From Conidiobolus incongruus B7586 (taxonomy: Eukaryota): DNA of 64,000 nucleotides. Position 1 is the stretch's first letter, and every line of letters starts with the position of its first letter. Shown one piece after another: positions 1 through 14,936 of the stretch. The stretch lies in assembly GCA_000697335.1 (NCBI GenBank), contig JNEM01009894.1, forward strand, positions 1-64,000, written 5' to 3'. Below the pieces are notes generated by a model. That model ran no database searches and was not told the origin of the DNA. It worked only from the letters and a program-made list of their open reading frames with translations. The position numbers and the translations under genes were made by a program.

Positions 1-945
1 CGTTTGGCTCGTTCCAAATTGAAGAAGGGCGAATGGACTGCTGAAGAATACGATCAATTCATCAAAAAGGAAACCGAAAAGTGTGTCCGCTTCCAAGAAG
101 AAATCGATATTTCCGTCCTTGTACATGGTGAATTCGAACGTAACGATATGGTTGAATTCTTTGGTGAAAACTTTGAAGGTCACGTCTTCACCCAAAATGG
201 TTGGGTTCAATCCTACGGTTCTCGTGGTGTCAAGCCCCCCATCATTTTCGGTGATGTCTCTCGCTCTCGCCCCATCACCGTTTACTGGTCTCAATATGCT
301 CAATCTCTCACCAACCGCCCCATGAAAGGTATGTTGACTGGTCCCATCACCTGTCTCCAATGGTCTTTCGTCCGTGACGATCAACCTCGTAAGGACACTG
401 CCTTCCAATTGGCTTTAGCTATTCGTGACGAAGTCGTTGATTTGGAAAAGGCTGGTATCCCCGTTATCCAAATTGACGAACCCGCCATCCGTGAAGGTTT
501 ACCTCTCCGTCACGTTGACTGGGAAAACTACCTCCAATGGGCCGTCGACGCCTTCTTACTCTCTTCTACTGGTGTTGAAGATGTCACTCAAATCCACACC
601 CACATGTGCTACTCTGACTTCAACGATATCTTCCCTGCCATCAAGCGTATGGATGCTGATGTCATTACCATCGAAAACTCCAAATCTGATCTCAAGCTCT
701 TGAGTGCTTTCGAGCAACACTCTTACACCAACGAAATTGGTCCCGGTCTCTACGATATCCACTCTCCTCGTGTCCCTTCTGTTGAAGAAATGAAGGATCG
801 CGTTGCCCAATTATTGAACTATCTTCCTAAGGATCTCCTTTGGATCAACCCTGACTGTGGTCTCAAGACCCGTGGCTGGACCGAAACCGAAGCCTCCCTT
901 CGTAACTTGACTGCCGTCGCCAAGTACTTCCGTGACCAAGCTTAA
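1..945 (+). CDS. MET6: Cobalamin-independent methionine synthase, C-terminal part (5' truncated by window)
   Basis: [46 protein letters not shown] and [11 protein letters not shown] motifs; strong C-ending codon bias. Confidence 0.97.
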   Translation, partial: RLARSKLKKGEWTAEEYDQFIKKETEKCVRFQEEIDISVLVHGEFERNDMVEFFGENFEGHVFTQNGWVQSYGSRGVKPPIIFGDVSRSRPITVYWSQYAQSLTNRPMKGMLTGPITCLQWSFVRDDQPRKDTAFQLALAIRDEVVDLEKAGIPVIQIDEPAIREGLPLRHVDWENYLQWAVDAFLLSSTGVEDVTQIHTHMCYSDFNDIFPAIKRMDADVITIENSKSDLKLLSAFEQHSYTNEIGPGLYDIHSPRVPSVEEMKDRVAQLLNYLPKDLLWINPDCGLKTRGWTETEASLRNLTAVAKYFRDQA

Positions 946-3900
946 ATTCATAGCATCATTCATTGTATACATATGTCCTTCAACAGAACTTTGTAATTCT
1001 TAGCTTTTACAAATCCTCATAGCATTTTGAAATTTGTATTATTGGATATTTTCTTCAACAGATATATCACTTGTCTATTTTATCCTTTCTTATAATAAAA
1101 ATTTAAAAAATATACTAATAGTTTTTATTTAGTTTGCTGGATAGTTAAAAATGTAATTAATTCGTTCTAAGGGATCTCTTCTATTCATGTCAATTTGAAT
1201 TATTGCGAATTTTGGATCATTTAACTGAATATAAATACTTCCAAGATATAAAACACTCTTTGTTTCACATTAAGGAGTAAATATAAATTTCTAGTATCTG
1301 AAAGTTAATACTTGGCTATTAATTAAACAAAAGAATATTTTAATAATATTTTCATCACAATTTAAGTTTAAATATAATGCAAATATAAAAATTAATCTAG
1401 AATTTAATGGTATAGTTTAAAATATAGTCTATAATTAAATAATATAATATTTAATATTGAATTTCAAGCTTTATACTTTGAGAGCCATTATTTTTGTATA
1501 ATTTGTAGCTTAGAATAACTAATAAAGAATGATTTTAATTTATATCAAAGACAAAATCTATAAAATTAAATTTTGTTGTTAAAATAGAATTTTATTTAAA
1601 AAACTGTAATGATAATTAATAATAATTATAATAAGCAATAGTAAATATAAAAAAATCTAAATAAATTTACAAGATATAATAATTGTTATTAACATTTAGA
1701 ATGATAATAATTGTATTTTATACATTTCTTTAACATAACTGGAGTTTTTGATATCTCAAGCATATGTTATGATATTTCAGTGTATAATTAACTCAAAATA
1801 AAACTGTGATATATAGGTGAAATTAAACAATGTTATTAAAATCATTTTGTAATTACAAATAAATTAGCAAATCAAATAGAATTTAGTTTCAACTTTATGT
1901 TTGAAGATTATTATAAGTAATTTTATATAATATACCATATAGGTATGAAATAGAATTAACAAGATTTAATGATAACTAAAAATATGAATATACAAATAGT
2001 TTTTATTTTTATTTGTTTAAATTATTAAAATTCAGATTGACTACAACTTAATTTTAGTATTTGATCCAAAATGTAGATTAATTGAATGATTTAATTTGAA
2101 AAACTTATATTTTTAGTGACAGCTGAATAGTTATCATAATAATTCCGTCATTCATACTTTATATTTGGTAATAATCAGAATCTGATGATGTTTTTTAAAA
2201 TAGACCTCAATTTTGAAAATCAATTGGAATAAAATATACTCCAATAAATATAAACAAATCAAGGTAATAATAGCTAAAGTTTGATACTTTGATAAACTAC
2301 AGATTGTGTTAAAAATCATTATCTAAGTTTGAAAATGAACACATCAAGTACCTTTAGTTTAATTAATCAATCAAAATATCCTATATTTTAACGGTTCATT
2401 TTTTTGATACTAATGTTTCACCAGTAATTAGAAAATAAAGATCGTAGCTTTTTTTGAATAGTATAAACGTTATTCAATCAGATTGGGGTAAAATTGACAA
2501 TTAATTAAAAAAGATTACATTTATGATTTGCAATGGTATAATTATTTTTATTATGATATTTGTAACCTAGTTCATCTAATTAATGATCAAAATTTCATTC
2601 ATCAATCATAATATAATATTTAGATCATTGACTTTTTGAAATTCTGTAACCATCTTAATTAACTTTAATAGCTACAGTTATTGCGACAATTAAAGCCTAT
2701 AATATTAATATATTAGATATTTCTTTTTTAATTTGACACAGGAATTATTTAAACGCAATATTTCAAGTTCATACATTTAATTTATATTTATTATTGCCTT
2801 AAATATCATCAACTAATTATTTTAAATAATATCTGACTTTAACAATATATTATCTATCAAAATTTTTAATCCTTGATTATTTTAAGATGAATTAATAACA
2901 AAGTATAATGAATTGGCTTTGAATTCAGACAAACATGGTTAATCATTTTTATATATAATACTATTAACAGCTCAAATCGCATTCCCATAAATCATCATTT
3001 TTGATTCTAATTTGATATCAGGCACTTGATTACAATTTTTCAGCTTTCATAAACTCTTTATTTTAATTAAGATATATATCTTTATTTTGATTGAATCAAA
3101 AATATGCACTTATCTTCAAATATATTAATAGTTACTAAATATCGCAATTTTAAAATTTAAAGTTTTATATTATAATAAATCAAATTTACGATATTTTATG
3201 TGATAATTTTCTAGATATAATTTGAATTTAAATAATCTAAATACAGATTAGTTTCCCAATTAGATATTTGAAGTTAACAAATTTGGAAATAATTCAAATT
3301 AATGAATAATGATTATTGCTTGAATGGAACTGAACCAAAATATTTTTAAATAATAAAAAAGATCAGCTAAATATATATAATATAATTAAATACAGTAACT
3401 GGGAGAATTTTTTAAATACTATTAACTATTCAAATATAACAAATATACTTTTGTGTATTATATTTGGAGGAACTTTTATTCCAAATGAAATCATATTAAC
3501 TAATCATTAGGTAGAATGATTTCATTGGTTAAAATAATATCATTTGATCTGTTTTGTTATCAATTCAACATGTCAAACTTTGCTTAAATTTAAACTTTTT
3601 GGTAACATTTTTAATATTGTGTATGGGCGATTTCATTTAATCCACAGAATAACGTTTAAAACTAGATGATTCATAAAAAATACTTATAATAAAAATAAAT
3701 GGTAGTTTAAATAGATATGATATTCTGAATACCAAGCTAATATTCAGAATCTATTAATATTTATAATTAACATCAAACTTATATATAGATTTTATCATTC
3801 AACTCAATTTGTCAGTATGATTGGAAATTATTAAAGAACACCTTTTAATATTTCGGATTAGTGTAAATCTTTAGTGAGAAAAAATATGCTGGACAAATGG

Positions 3901-4352
3901 AAAACATTGTAAAATTATACCATAAACTAACCATCCATACTATCATTATTCTTAAATATTTTACATATTTCAACATTGCAAAATATAGTGATTATCTAAA
4001 ATACTACTATTAACAATAATTTAACAATCAATAAAAAGCCATTAGAATTGGTTATCAAATTAAACCACATCAAAATAGAAATACATGGCTAATTTTGAAT
4101 AGACTAAAATTGTTATAGATATTAGTGTTTATTGAATATCACTGAATTTGATAAAAATCTAATTGTTAAAAAGTAGTAAATTAAGGGGATAAAATGAAAA
4201 ACAAATTAAATCACTGAATCCCACTCTTTGTCTCATTCACCATTTTGACTCAAATATCTTTCAATAAAAATTATTATACTATATCACATTAATTAAATAT
4301 ATTATAATAATTAATTATCAATATTTCATTTATATTTAATCCTTTGCAAAGA

Positions 4353-6696
4353 ATGGGAGTTGGTTCAAAAACTAAATTTAAATTCTCTAACCTCTTCTCC
4401 TCTAACAGCTCGAATAACAGCAATCACAGCAGCAGCAACCCTTCTAGTTTTCCCAATTCCCCTCAAAGCATTTCTAATTCGAGCAGTAAATCCAATCATA
4501 ATCTTACTTATAATGCTAGTAAGTTTTGAACTTCCTACCTTAATTACTTAAAATATCAACTTTATTAAATTTATTTAGTAACTAGTCCCTCCAGTGGAAA
4601 AAATACTTCCAGCAAGAAAAGTTTTGATCAGTTCAGGTAATCAAATAATTAAATATTTTTCCTTTTAAAGCTTATCAAATTTATTCGAATTTTTGTTAAT
4701 AGATCAGATAATTCGAGGTTAAAGCATAGTCCAAGTGCGAATACTCTATCTTCTAATTACAACACAACAAGCTCCATTGATAGTCGTCGAAAAACTTCAA
4801 TCTCTTCTTCGAGGCCAATTTTTAAAGTATTTAGTTCCAAAAGTAAACAAGATTCCAATTCCAGTAATACCAATCTTTCTGTACATTATCCCCAGACCCC
4901 TTCCAGCCTTAGCTCGCCTACTTACGGCCATCGTGAATACGATCCCGATGAAGCTATCCGAAAGTCATTTGCTGAGCAAAGAAACGAGCTGGATGAACTT
5001 CGTGCTGGGATGGTCGAATTAGAAATGCAATTGGATGGGATCAGGTTAGATAAGATTGATTCGATACAGCCACCATCTCCCCCATCAACTCAAAGTCCAC
5101 AAGTTGCTCCTATCTCTAACCCCACTTCACCTTCAAATCAATCAATGGACTCTAACCAGTTACTTGAACGTCTTAAAATATTAGAATCTCAGTTAAGAGA
5201 GGAAAAGAATGAAACAAGAATGGAATTTGAAGCCAGAGTTGAGGCTCAATCACAATTAAAGCTTAAAGAGAGATCAGAGATAGACCTTCAGCAAAAATTA
5301 CAAGAAGCCATTCAGAAGATCACCAGTTTAGAAGAACAAAATGAGAAACAGCAACATAAAATGACAGAAATGCAAAAGAGCTACCAAAAAGAGATCAATG
5401 AACTAAAATCCCAAACTAATGCACTAGATGATGAAAAATCGGCTTATGAAAAATTACATCGCGAATTCAATTTATTATCCGAAAAGTTACATGATACAAA
5501 TGTAATATATAACCGGATTTGACTTTTCATACCATTAACTCTTTATAATAGGACCAATTAATTGACACCCAATCTAAATTAGAATCTGCTCAAAAACAAA
5601 TCAAGTCATTGAACAATCAGATTAGGTAATTAATATATATACAAACAAAATACATTCATTTATATTTATGCTTCTCATTATTAGCGAATTGCAAACTAAC
5701 GAAATTCAACTTAAAGACCAGCTCGCAGTAAGTATATTTGCTTCATTATAAATCTACATTAATATAACCATTTTCGACTTAGACCTATGAACTCACAAAC
5801 AGAGCACATCAATTGGCTCAATCTCGGTAAGATAAATAAAAATCATTCTTATTTAATTATATTTAACATATCTTTTAGATCAAATAACAATAATTCTACT
5901 GAATTGGATGCGATTAGAGCTGAAAGAGATGATCTTTTTATGAAATATAGCAAAGCTCAAGAGCACATTCAAGCTCTTAAATTTAGTTTAGAGAGCGTAA
6001 TTCAAACAAATATCAGTAGTCCACCAGTCTCTACTGTGGAATCACATTATTTGAACTCTCCTCAATCTAATGGATACTCGTCTTTACCAAGGAACTTGAA
6101 TCAACGCCAAGCAACTTATCCCAACTCCAATAGTTATTTTAATAACCCCAATCCCTTGAATAGCTATCCCAACGAATATGAGCAATCCAAAGCTCAATAT
6201 CAAAATCCACATAACATATACAGTAACCGTCGTCAGTCTATAACTCCACCCAATAGCAACCCAGAACCTTCGGGATATTATTCAGAATACTCTAATAATC
6301 TTTCACATTCTCCTAATGCTAACAAATCTCAACAGTGTAACAAACTCAAATACCCTTCTGGCCATCCAAGAAGACAGACTTTTGGAGATCAAACCTCTCC
6401 TACAGATTCGGAATTAGAATTATCAAACGAGCATCATGAATGCTCAGAACCCGAAGATTTAGACACCCTTTTGAGAAGTCTTATACATGAGAAAGAAAAA
6501 GTAATATTATTTATATATTTTACATATTTATAATTTTATTAATATCACTCATTAGTTGGAATCCGAATATTCAAGAATTCCAATCAGCAAATTAAATTTA
6601 GCTACTAGAAAACGAAAAGATCAGCTAGAGGAAAGTTTAAATCACATTGATGCTGAAATTTCCAAAGTGAAATCTAAAATTCGTGCCAGAACTTAA
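4353..6696 (+). CDS. Multi-exon coiled-coil protein with Ser/Asn-rich regions; function unknown
   Basis: ATG at 4353; ORF pieces at 5010-5522 and 5787-6533 joined by short GT-AG introns; last exon LESEYSRIP...KSKIRART ends at TAA 6694-6696. Confidence 0.75.
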
Positions 6697-7199
6697 ATTC
6701 CATCTCATTTATCAAACCATCCGTATTAATTTATGTTTATCAAAGTAATAATATTTATTTTACCATTTATTATCATGATAATTATTATAAAAATCAAAAT
6801 TATATAACTAATCCCTCCTATTATATCAATAATTAAAAATAACAATAAGCATTTATTTATTCAAGGATTTATATTAAAAAACCAAATTAGAAATTTAAAA
6901 TTTGAACTAGACTTTAAGGAAATGAAATTTTATTATTCTTCATTTTAATATATATACTTCAATAATTTTTTTAAGTTTCTTAAATATAGTTAGAATAAAA
7001 TATTAGCAATTATATATAACTTCAATCATTATTAAATAATAACTACTTCATATTAAATGGTATTGAATATATAATGAATTAAAATAAAATTTTAAAATTC
7101 AAAATTTTTTGAAAAAAAATTATAATTTTATTATACATCATTTAAATTTATTATTACATTTTATAATAATTATTTTTTCAAAATTTGAATTATGATTTT

Positions 7200-7860
7200 A
7201 TTTTGATTATTTATAGTTAAAATTTTTTTTCAATTTTTATATTAAATTTCTATTAAATCATTGTAAATCTTGAATATTTATTTATAAATAAGATTTAAGA
7301 GCTCTATCAAGTAAAGATAAATGTTGCACAATATAATAGAATATTATTCTTTATAGTAGATCAAAGCTGCTCAATGGCATTGAGCTCAGGATAGTGAGAA
7401 AAAAGGTAAACACATTGGTACCCACAACCATGCATCAATAAAAAGTTATCTGCACAGCAGTATACTTGTGCATTATCTAATATAATAAAATATCCAATGT
7501 ATTTGATAAAAATTGCTAGGTAACTATACCTTTAACTTGGTTTGATAGTTGATTTGGTTAAAAACATGGCAGTTGAGCTTAAAGGTTGATGATATCATAA
7601 ACGGTATTACACCCAGTAAAGTTTTTGATTGAGGATGAATATGACAAATTTGAAGGAAAGAGTAAGAATTGACTAGTAATTTTGCTAGAGATTGGGAATA
7701 CTGATAATAATTGGTGTTTGATTTGTAAACACACAATTGTTCAGATAATCTGTGCTGCTTGGAAGTCATTAATATAGTTATTCTTTACATCTTGGATTTT
7801 ATGATGACTATTCTTATCAAATAAATCAAATTTGAGGTTAAGTAATAATTGAATTTCATC
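7200..7860 (-). mobile_element. Degenerate Tc1/IS630-type (DD34E) transposase relic
   Basis: Manual minus-strand translation gives DYLNNCVFTN...FLSNTLDI...IILDNAQVY...GYQCVYLFSHYPELNAIEQL*STIKNNI, with 34 residues between the second D and the E; stops and frameshifts present; no TIRs found. Confidence 0.85.
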
Positions 7861-8696
7861 TCTAATAAAGTTATAAACTGTTAATTTGATATTTATATAT
7901 CACTAAATTTTTCTCTCAAAATAATATATATATATATATTCTATAATTAAATTAGGGTTGGTATATAATTATTTATTTAAAAATTTTTTATATTGATTTT
8001 TGAATATTAAATATAAAAATAATTTAAATATTTAGTAAGAATTATCAATATAATAAATTTACAATTTTTCATTTTATGTATCCGATAATGAGTAATAGAA
8101 GCAATAAACAAATTCTTACAATCCTGACATACTCCCATTTTTTTTATCTTATATTAATTTAAAGAATCAAGATTTTAAATCATAACTGTAATTTTTTAAT
8201 ACAATGAAATTATTGATATTAAGCGAAAGATTTAGATAGTGATTAAAGTTACATATATTATGAATTTTTTAATGTGATTTCAATTTTATATATTTAAAAT
8301 AGTTAAGAATGCTATGGAGGAGGTATGATTCCATACCAATCACTATCTCTGGAATGTATACTTCTTAGCCTTGTTTAAGTATGGCCATTACTATCTTCAA
8401 AAATATTTTAATTATTTTATATACAATTAAAAAGTAAAATTTTTATAATTATTGATTATATATGAGTATATAATATCATCTTTTAATTATGTTTTGAATC
8501 AAATTACTGTACTATGTGTATATATCTATGATATCATGCTCGAAATTTATTAAAAAACTTATAATACTTAATATCATGCTAATATATCATTAAAGTTATA
8601 AAGTTAAGAAAATATCCGACAGATCATATATGCATTAAATGTATTGATAAAACAAGTAAATCTACGCAATTTAATCACCAGAAAATAGAGAGATAA

Positions 8697-9459
8697 TTAG
8701 GCTTGGGGTTGCTTATCTTTCTTACTCTTCTTCTTTTTCTTATTTCTCTTCTTATTAGAATTATCTTCTCCTTGTTGGTTCGAATTTTGTTCAAGTTGAG
8801 TTTCAGATTCTTCAATAGTAGGAAGTTCTTGAGAGTCTGGAATTTCTTGACTAGCAGGGATCTCTTGAGAAGAAAGAATATCACCACCATTTTGACTTGC
8901 TTTATAAATTTCAAGTTTCTTATTATATTCAGCTAACTCTTTTTCATATAATTTTTCATATTTCTAATTTTGAATACGGTTATTAATATCAATTATAGTG
9001 TTGAATAAATTATTTACCTTCTTTTCATTAGCAGATATTTTATTCCAAGCTTCTCCTAAAGCTTTGAATAAATCTTGATTTGGCAAATCAGGATTTTGTT
9101 TCTTAATTTCAGCTCTCTTGTCTTGAGAGAAAAGTAAATAAGCTGATTTTGGTCTAGGAGGAGCATTGGCATCTCTTTTAACTTTAGGCTTTCTAGCCTT
9201 ATTGTTACTAGTGTCGGTAGTGTCTTCAGATGCCTTTCTCTTTAAAGAATTGGGATCGATATTCACAGCTTTTCCTTCATAAACTTGAGCAATTTGACTT
9301 ATTGTTTCATTTAAATTTCTGAAAAGATGAGCTAACTATATTTCAATAAAATATTAGATCAATAATTATATTTAATTAAATTTTATAATTGATTATGATG
9401 ATTACAATTTCATCTTTTGAGATAGGTGCTGAATTTTCTTGAGGTTTGGATTTTGCCAT
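8697..9459 (-). CDS. HMG-box chromatin protein (NHP6/HMO1-like) with acidic then basic tail
   Basis: RDANAPPRPKSAYLLFSQDKRAEIK...LGEAWNKIS HMG box; ATG 9459; two introns; stop at 8697-8699. Confidence 0.88.
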
Positions 9460-10302
9460 TATTTTAAATGAAATAAATTAAAAGGTTGTTGAATAATGGA
9501 TCATCATGAAAATTTATATAAAATTTAAATTTTAATTTAATTGGATTAATTTTACATGAATTTATTTTGAATTTTGATAAATTTGATTGGATTCTTAGAA
9601 TCATTGCTCACATGAAGTCGCGTCACTTAAGTTTGAATTCCTAATAAAGAAATTGAGAAAATCAATTTGAATTTAGTAAAATTATCATTTGTCACAAATG
9701 GGTAATGTCTAATTATAATATCGTCTTGTTATATGATTAGATTGATTGAATGAAGCATCAACAAACTCTTTAAATAATATATAAGTATTTTTATACTACT
9801 CTAATTTTATCATGTTTCATATTGACTGGTGTCCTGAGAAACTTAATTCATGTTACTATTGTTGGTTGAATACTTTATATTATGGAATAATCATTTTTTA
9901 TTATTAAATAAAACTTTTCAATACACCTTTATAGTAACAAATTCTTATCTCTTCATTTTTCAATCACTTTGACAATTTTTGTAGCCTTAGAATCCAATTT
10001 TATCAAATTACTGCCAAAAAATGAAAAAAATATTTGAGATTCTTCAAATAGAATGATTGAATTGGTGATAACTAATATTTGATTAATAGATACAGTTTAA
10101 ACAAAAACATTTTGTTCAAGTCATATTTATGAATTAAAACAAATGCTCAACATTAACCTTAGTTGTGATTAGTAAAATAAATATTTGAAAAGTAGGAATA
10201 ACTAAAATAGTGATAGATTAATGTATTAAAAACGTGAAAGCTAATTGCTTTCAAAAATTGAATATATTTTAATAAATAGCAAGTAAGACATTGGAGGGTG
10301 GT

Positions 10303-12044
10303 TTATAATCTTAGGAACTTTTTGAGTTTGTCTTTGACAGGATCTTTAGATGCTTGCTTAGAGGAGGAGGGCTGATCAGAAGGCTCTCTATCCTCGTGAT
10401 ACGTATCTCTTTGATGATGGTCTTTTGAATTGGTCAGCTTATTCAAAAATTGTGCAGGATCTCTTGATGGCTGTGTTGATTCGAGTTGTACGGTGGGAGA
10501 AGGTAATTCGATGTCTTCTGCAAGAGCCATTAAATCATCACGAATAATGGGATTGGAATTGTCGTTTGGAGATTCTGTAATCCATTTGAAGTGAACAATA
10601 GATGCAGGGGTTAACCCTTCATCAAAACAGTTATTACTAGAATCAGGACTGAGGTTCTTTAAGGGTGGTATAGTGTACAATTGAAAAGGTCTTTCGTTTT
10701 CTAATAAAATAGATCTTACAATGTCATATAATTTAGAAATAGGATCTGTAGTGAGTAAACCAAATTGTACTTGATAAAAGTTGGGTAATTTAAGACGAAT
10801 TAAAGTCTTAGGATACTTTCTCATTTTATCCTCCAATTCCTTTTGTCTCATTTTGCTCGTTTTTAATGGACCTCCATCGATTAGTTTTTGTAAAGCTTTT
10901 TGCTGAGAAATCACCACTTGTTTCAATTCTTGAGGACTGAAATTGTAGAATTCGTCAGGAATTTGGATTCTGCTACTGATGTTAATTCCCTCAGGGAGGG
11001 GGCGGAATACTTTGAAGTTAGAATAATTAATTGATTCTGTTGGTAGATTGGAATCCGGTTTATGGGTTGAGAGTTTAGAAATAGAAGGATTTGGAATAGG
11101 AACATCATTAGCTTGATTTTGGATACTTGAGATGGAATCCGCACTGACAGGAATAGTTGAAGAGCTGATGTTACTAGCATTATTCTGGGGAGGAAGTTCA
11201 TTATTGATGTTTTGATTATTAATGGGTTCAATAAGGTCTGAAGCTTTTGTTGGAGTGGATGTAGATTCCTGCTGCGATGCTTCTTGTTCAATAGCCAATA
11301 ACTGATCGACTTGATCCAGTGTCAGATCAGATTTTTTATAATTAACTCTGATTAATATACTACCAGAAGTGATACCTAAACTGTCTAAAGTGGTGGTCTT
11401 CAACGTTTCTAAACCAGATATTTCCCTATTCAATAATTGAAGAGTTGGCTGTTGCCATAATCCATTATCTTGTAATTTCAAGAAATTATTACTACTATAA
11501 TACACAATAAAATATTAGGAATCATTTAACAATGATATAAAAGCTGGTTACCTATTTTCCAATTGAAATAAAACTAGAATATGCCATAAAGTGGTTGATA
11601 ACTTAAACTTTTTAGTAAGCCTTGCACCATCTTTAAGTTGAAGAGCGATATTTATTTCAGCACTCTCTAAAATAAAATAATAAATGTTTGAACACTGATT
11701 TGGGTTTATATAATAATAGTACTTACTTTTAATAAAATGTTCAACTTTTTTCAATTCTAATTTGGCCATTCTGGGCAAATTTGCTAAACGAAAAATTAAG
11801 GTCCTGTCTAGCCATTTGTTTTGATATCTAAATAATTCAAATATTAATATATGGTTTGCAATAAATTTTATTTTATATACTTTAAATTATATTGACTTGG
11901 ATTTCCCAAATTATGCTCTTTAACAAGTTGATTAATTAAGTCATTTAAACTCATATTGGGAGAGGTTTTACAAGTGACAAGTTTAGTAGTTTTCCCAAGT
12001 TGTTTATCAACTTCTAATATTGGTATAGATACTTGAATAGACAT
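10303..12044 (-). CDS. UBX4: UBX-domain Cdc48/p97 adaptor, TUG/ASPL (Ubx4)-like
   Basis: N-terminal ubiquitin-like exons (TSPNMSLNDL; FRLANLPRMAKLEL); IPDEFYNFS..EL, KYPKTLIRLKLP UBX and GLTPASIVHFKW. Confidence 0.88.
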
Positions 12045-13301
12045 GTTTTCGAATTTTTTTAAGATAAGAGCAAAAAAGAATAATGAATTGCCAATTTAAA
12101 TCTAAAATTGTTATTTGTTTTTGAATCATGGGAATTTTTAATCATTGCGTAAGCAATTAATACAAACTATGAAATATTAAATTTATTTCAAAATTCTATA
12201 ATCTTTCCTAATAATAAAAAATTAAATTATTTTTTACATTAATTTAATTCAGATAATTAAGGATATTACAATCAAAGTAATAATCTAAAATCATTAATTT
12301 CAAAACAAAAAATTTGATAATTTAATGTTAATCATGATTATAGATTGATTAGCCAATATCAAAGTAATCCAACTCTATAATTGTTATTAAATTAAAATAT
12401 AAAACATATATTTATCTACTAAATTTGGAAATTATAGCAACAATACTGAATTTTATCCAATTGAAAATTGAAATATAAGTAAAATAACATTAAAATATTG
12501 ATATTAATATTTAACCAATATTAATTATGAGAATAGTTTGCATTATTTAGATTGTTTGCCTAAAACTATTTGGAATTTAAAGTATTATTGTTAATTTGAA
12601 TCAACATATTGCTCGATAATAATATCAATAATACCATAATTTTATCATCATTATATGAAATACATAAATGTATTGTATTCTTATTGATAAGTTGTGCTAT
12701 AATTGACTAAATTTCGATATCATAAAGTTTGTAGCCTCAAAGCTATTTAACCTAATAAATATAAAGTTTATTAGCTACATACATTCTAAATCTTCATATT
12801 ATTGATTACTTTGTTATTTATAAATTTTATCAATGTATACATCACTGCTCTTAATTAACATTTGATGTTAAGGTTTAATAAAATTGAATTATTCAATTAA
12901 ATTAATTTCGAAGTTAAAGACAGATTTATTAGCCTTACAGAAATTACCTTAAAATAATTAAAATGTTAAATAGTGGATTTAATCAAATTTATTAATATAG
13001 GAATGCTGATAAGTTTTAAATTATAGTTTAATTGTTTTTAATATATTTGTATTCATTTATATGATATTTAACAATTTAAACAAAATATTCGTTTTGATAT
13101 TGATCTTATGATGAAATAATGCGAGAGTATCAATAAATCCCATAATTTATTCTTCAATCCTTAGATTCTTATAAATTAATAATAAACTCATTGAATTTAA
13201 TAGTTATCATTAAAAATAAAAGATCAATCAACCAATATATTTAAACTTTATAAATTTAAGCATTAAATTAATTATTACTTAAATATAAAATTAGTATTAA
13301 A

Positions 13302-13757
13302 ATGATTAGCAAAGCCTTAATCAATCAAATCAAGTCTAAGCCCTTCACTCAGCAATTCAACGGAGTGCGCTTTAATACTACTGTTACTCAACCCCGTATG
13401 GGAGGTTTTCGAGGTGGATTAATTGGATTTTTAGTAGGCGCTACCGTTGCTGGAAGTACCGGTTATTACTTTTTAATTCACGATTATCAAGTTGCCACAG
13501 GTCTTTTACTTCATTCCATCAGAGAATTACAAATTTCTGCCGATAAGGTAAGAGAATACGCTCGTCAAATCGAAAGTGTTGCCAATGAAATTTCCAAGTT
13601 AAAGGAAAGTACCGCTAAAATCGATCAAATCGACCGCTTAAAGGGTGATATCCGCAAATTATACGATTCCGTAGGTGTTGAAGTATTAGATTTGAAAGGT
13701 CAAATCAACGAATTAGAAAAGGATGTCAATATTTTGGTCAAAAACAGCTCCCGTTAA
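13302..13757 (+). CDS. Small putative mitochondrial membrane protein (presequence, one TM helix, coiled coil)
   Basis: Intronless 151-aa ORF; basic N-terminus, GGFRGGLIGFLVGATVAG TM segment, heptad-rich C-terminus. Confidence 0.8.
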   Translation: MISKALINQIKSKPFTQQFNGVRFNTTVTQPRMGGFRGGLIGFLVGATVAGSTGYYFLIHDYQVATGLLLHSIRELQISADKVREYARQIESVANEISKLKESTAKIDQIDRLKGDIRKLYDSVGVEVLDLKGQINELEKDVNILVKNSSR

Positions 13758-14085
13758 AATTATCTTTTTTAAATCAATAAAATCAAATTAATCAAGCTTT
13801 ATTTTATTATTTTATATATTTATACTAATAAGTTTATGTTCAATTAGTTCATACAGAATTTGATTATACCAAACTATCATTGCAATTATATTATAAAGTT
13901 AATGAATATAAATACTAACATTAAAGACACAAATTCAATCCATGAAGTAATCTAAATGATTACATTTACTATTACAATATCGCTTAATAATCAATTATAA
14001 ATATTTGACTCAATAAGTTTATTATATAATTTATAATATTGATTATCACTTAACTTTATTTCATATAATTTTAATGTAAATATTG

Positions 14086-14936
14086 TTAAACCTGAGTTTG
14101 AAGATTGGGCATTCTATCCATATCTCCGTCAGAGAATTCAGTATTAAAGCATTTGATTGTATCAATCTCTAAGCTAAATTCGCCCTCTTGACGATCTATT
14201 AAACCAATACCAATTGTTTTCACTTTTTCCCTGAACATTCTAGTTTGTTTAGGCTCCAAATTACCATCATTCGTCAATGTAAAGTCATTAAATGGAATCA
14301 ATACGTTCTCCCATTGATTAGGTGTTTTTAAAAACAAGCGATGTTGATAAATATCGGTTTGAATAATACCATCTGTCTGAATATTTACCATATATTTTCT
14401 GTGATCTCCTTTTACCCTTAATAATAAATACCTGAACGGGGAAGTGTCTAAGCAATCGTCTGAGAACAAATCATCCTATTGTTGTATTGAATAAAAATAT
14501 ATGCAAATGTTGTTATATTATTAAATATTACTTTAGTCCTTAAAGCAGCATAACCATGAACTTTAATTTCCAAATGTTCAGGTAAATCATTTGATGTAAA
14601 ACCAGTAAATAAACCTAATCACAAAATAATTTGTATATATAAATTTATCCCAAACAATAAAATAAAATTACCAGTATTATTTTCAGTTAATACTAATTTA
14701 GCTTCAGATTTACCACCGATATCCTTATCAGAGCCAATTAACCAATTATCAACATCAGCTTCGTTTTGAAATTTGGTCAAAGTTAATTCTTTCCTCCAAT
14801 CGATAATATCATCGAAGTGTTTAACTAAATAATTAATTATTCCAAAATATCAATTAAATAATCTGTTTTTACCTTTATTTAAAGTGCTTCTAAAATTCTT
14901 GGTATATCGACTTAAAAAATGATTTAATAAAGACAT
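14086..14936 (-). CDS. CIA30: Complex I intermediate-associated protein 30 (NDUFAF1)
   Basis: WLIGSDKDIGGKSEA, GYAALR, LRVKGDHRKYMVNIQTD, LIDRQEGEFSLEID across several exons. Confidence 0.92.
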
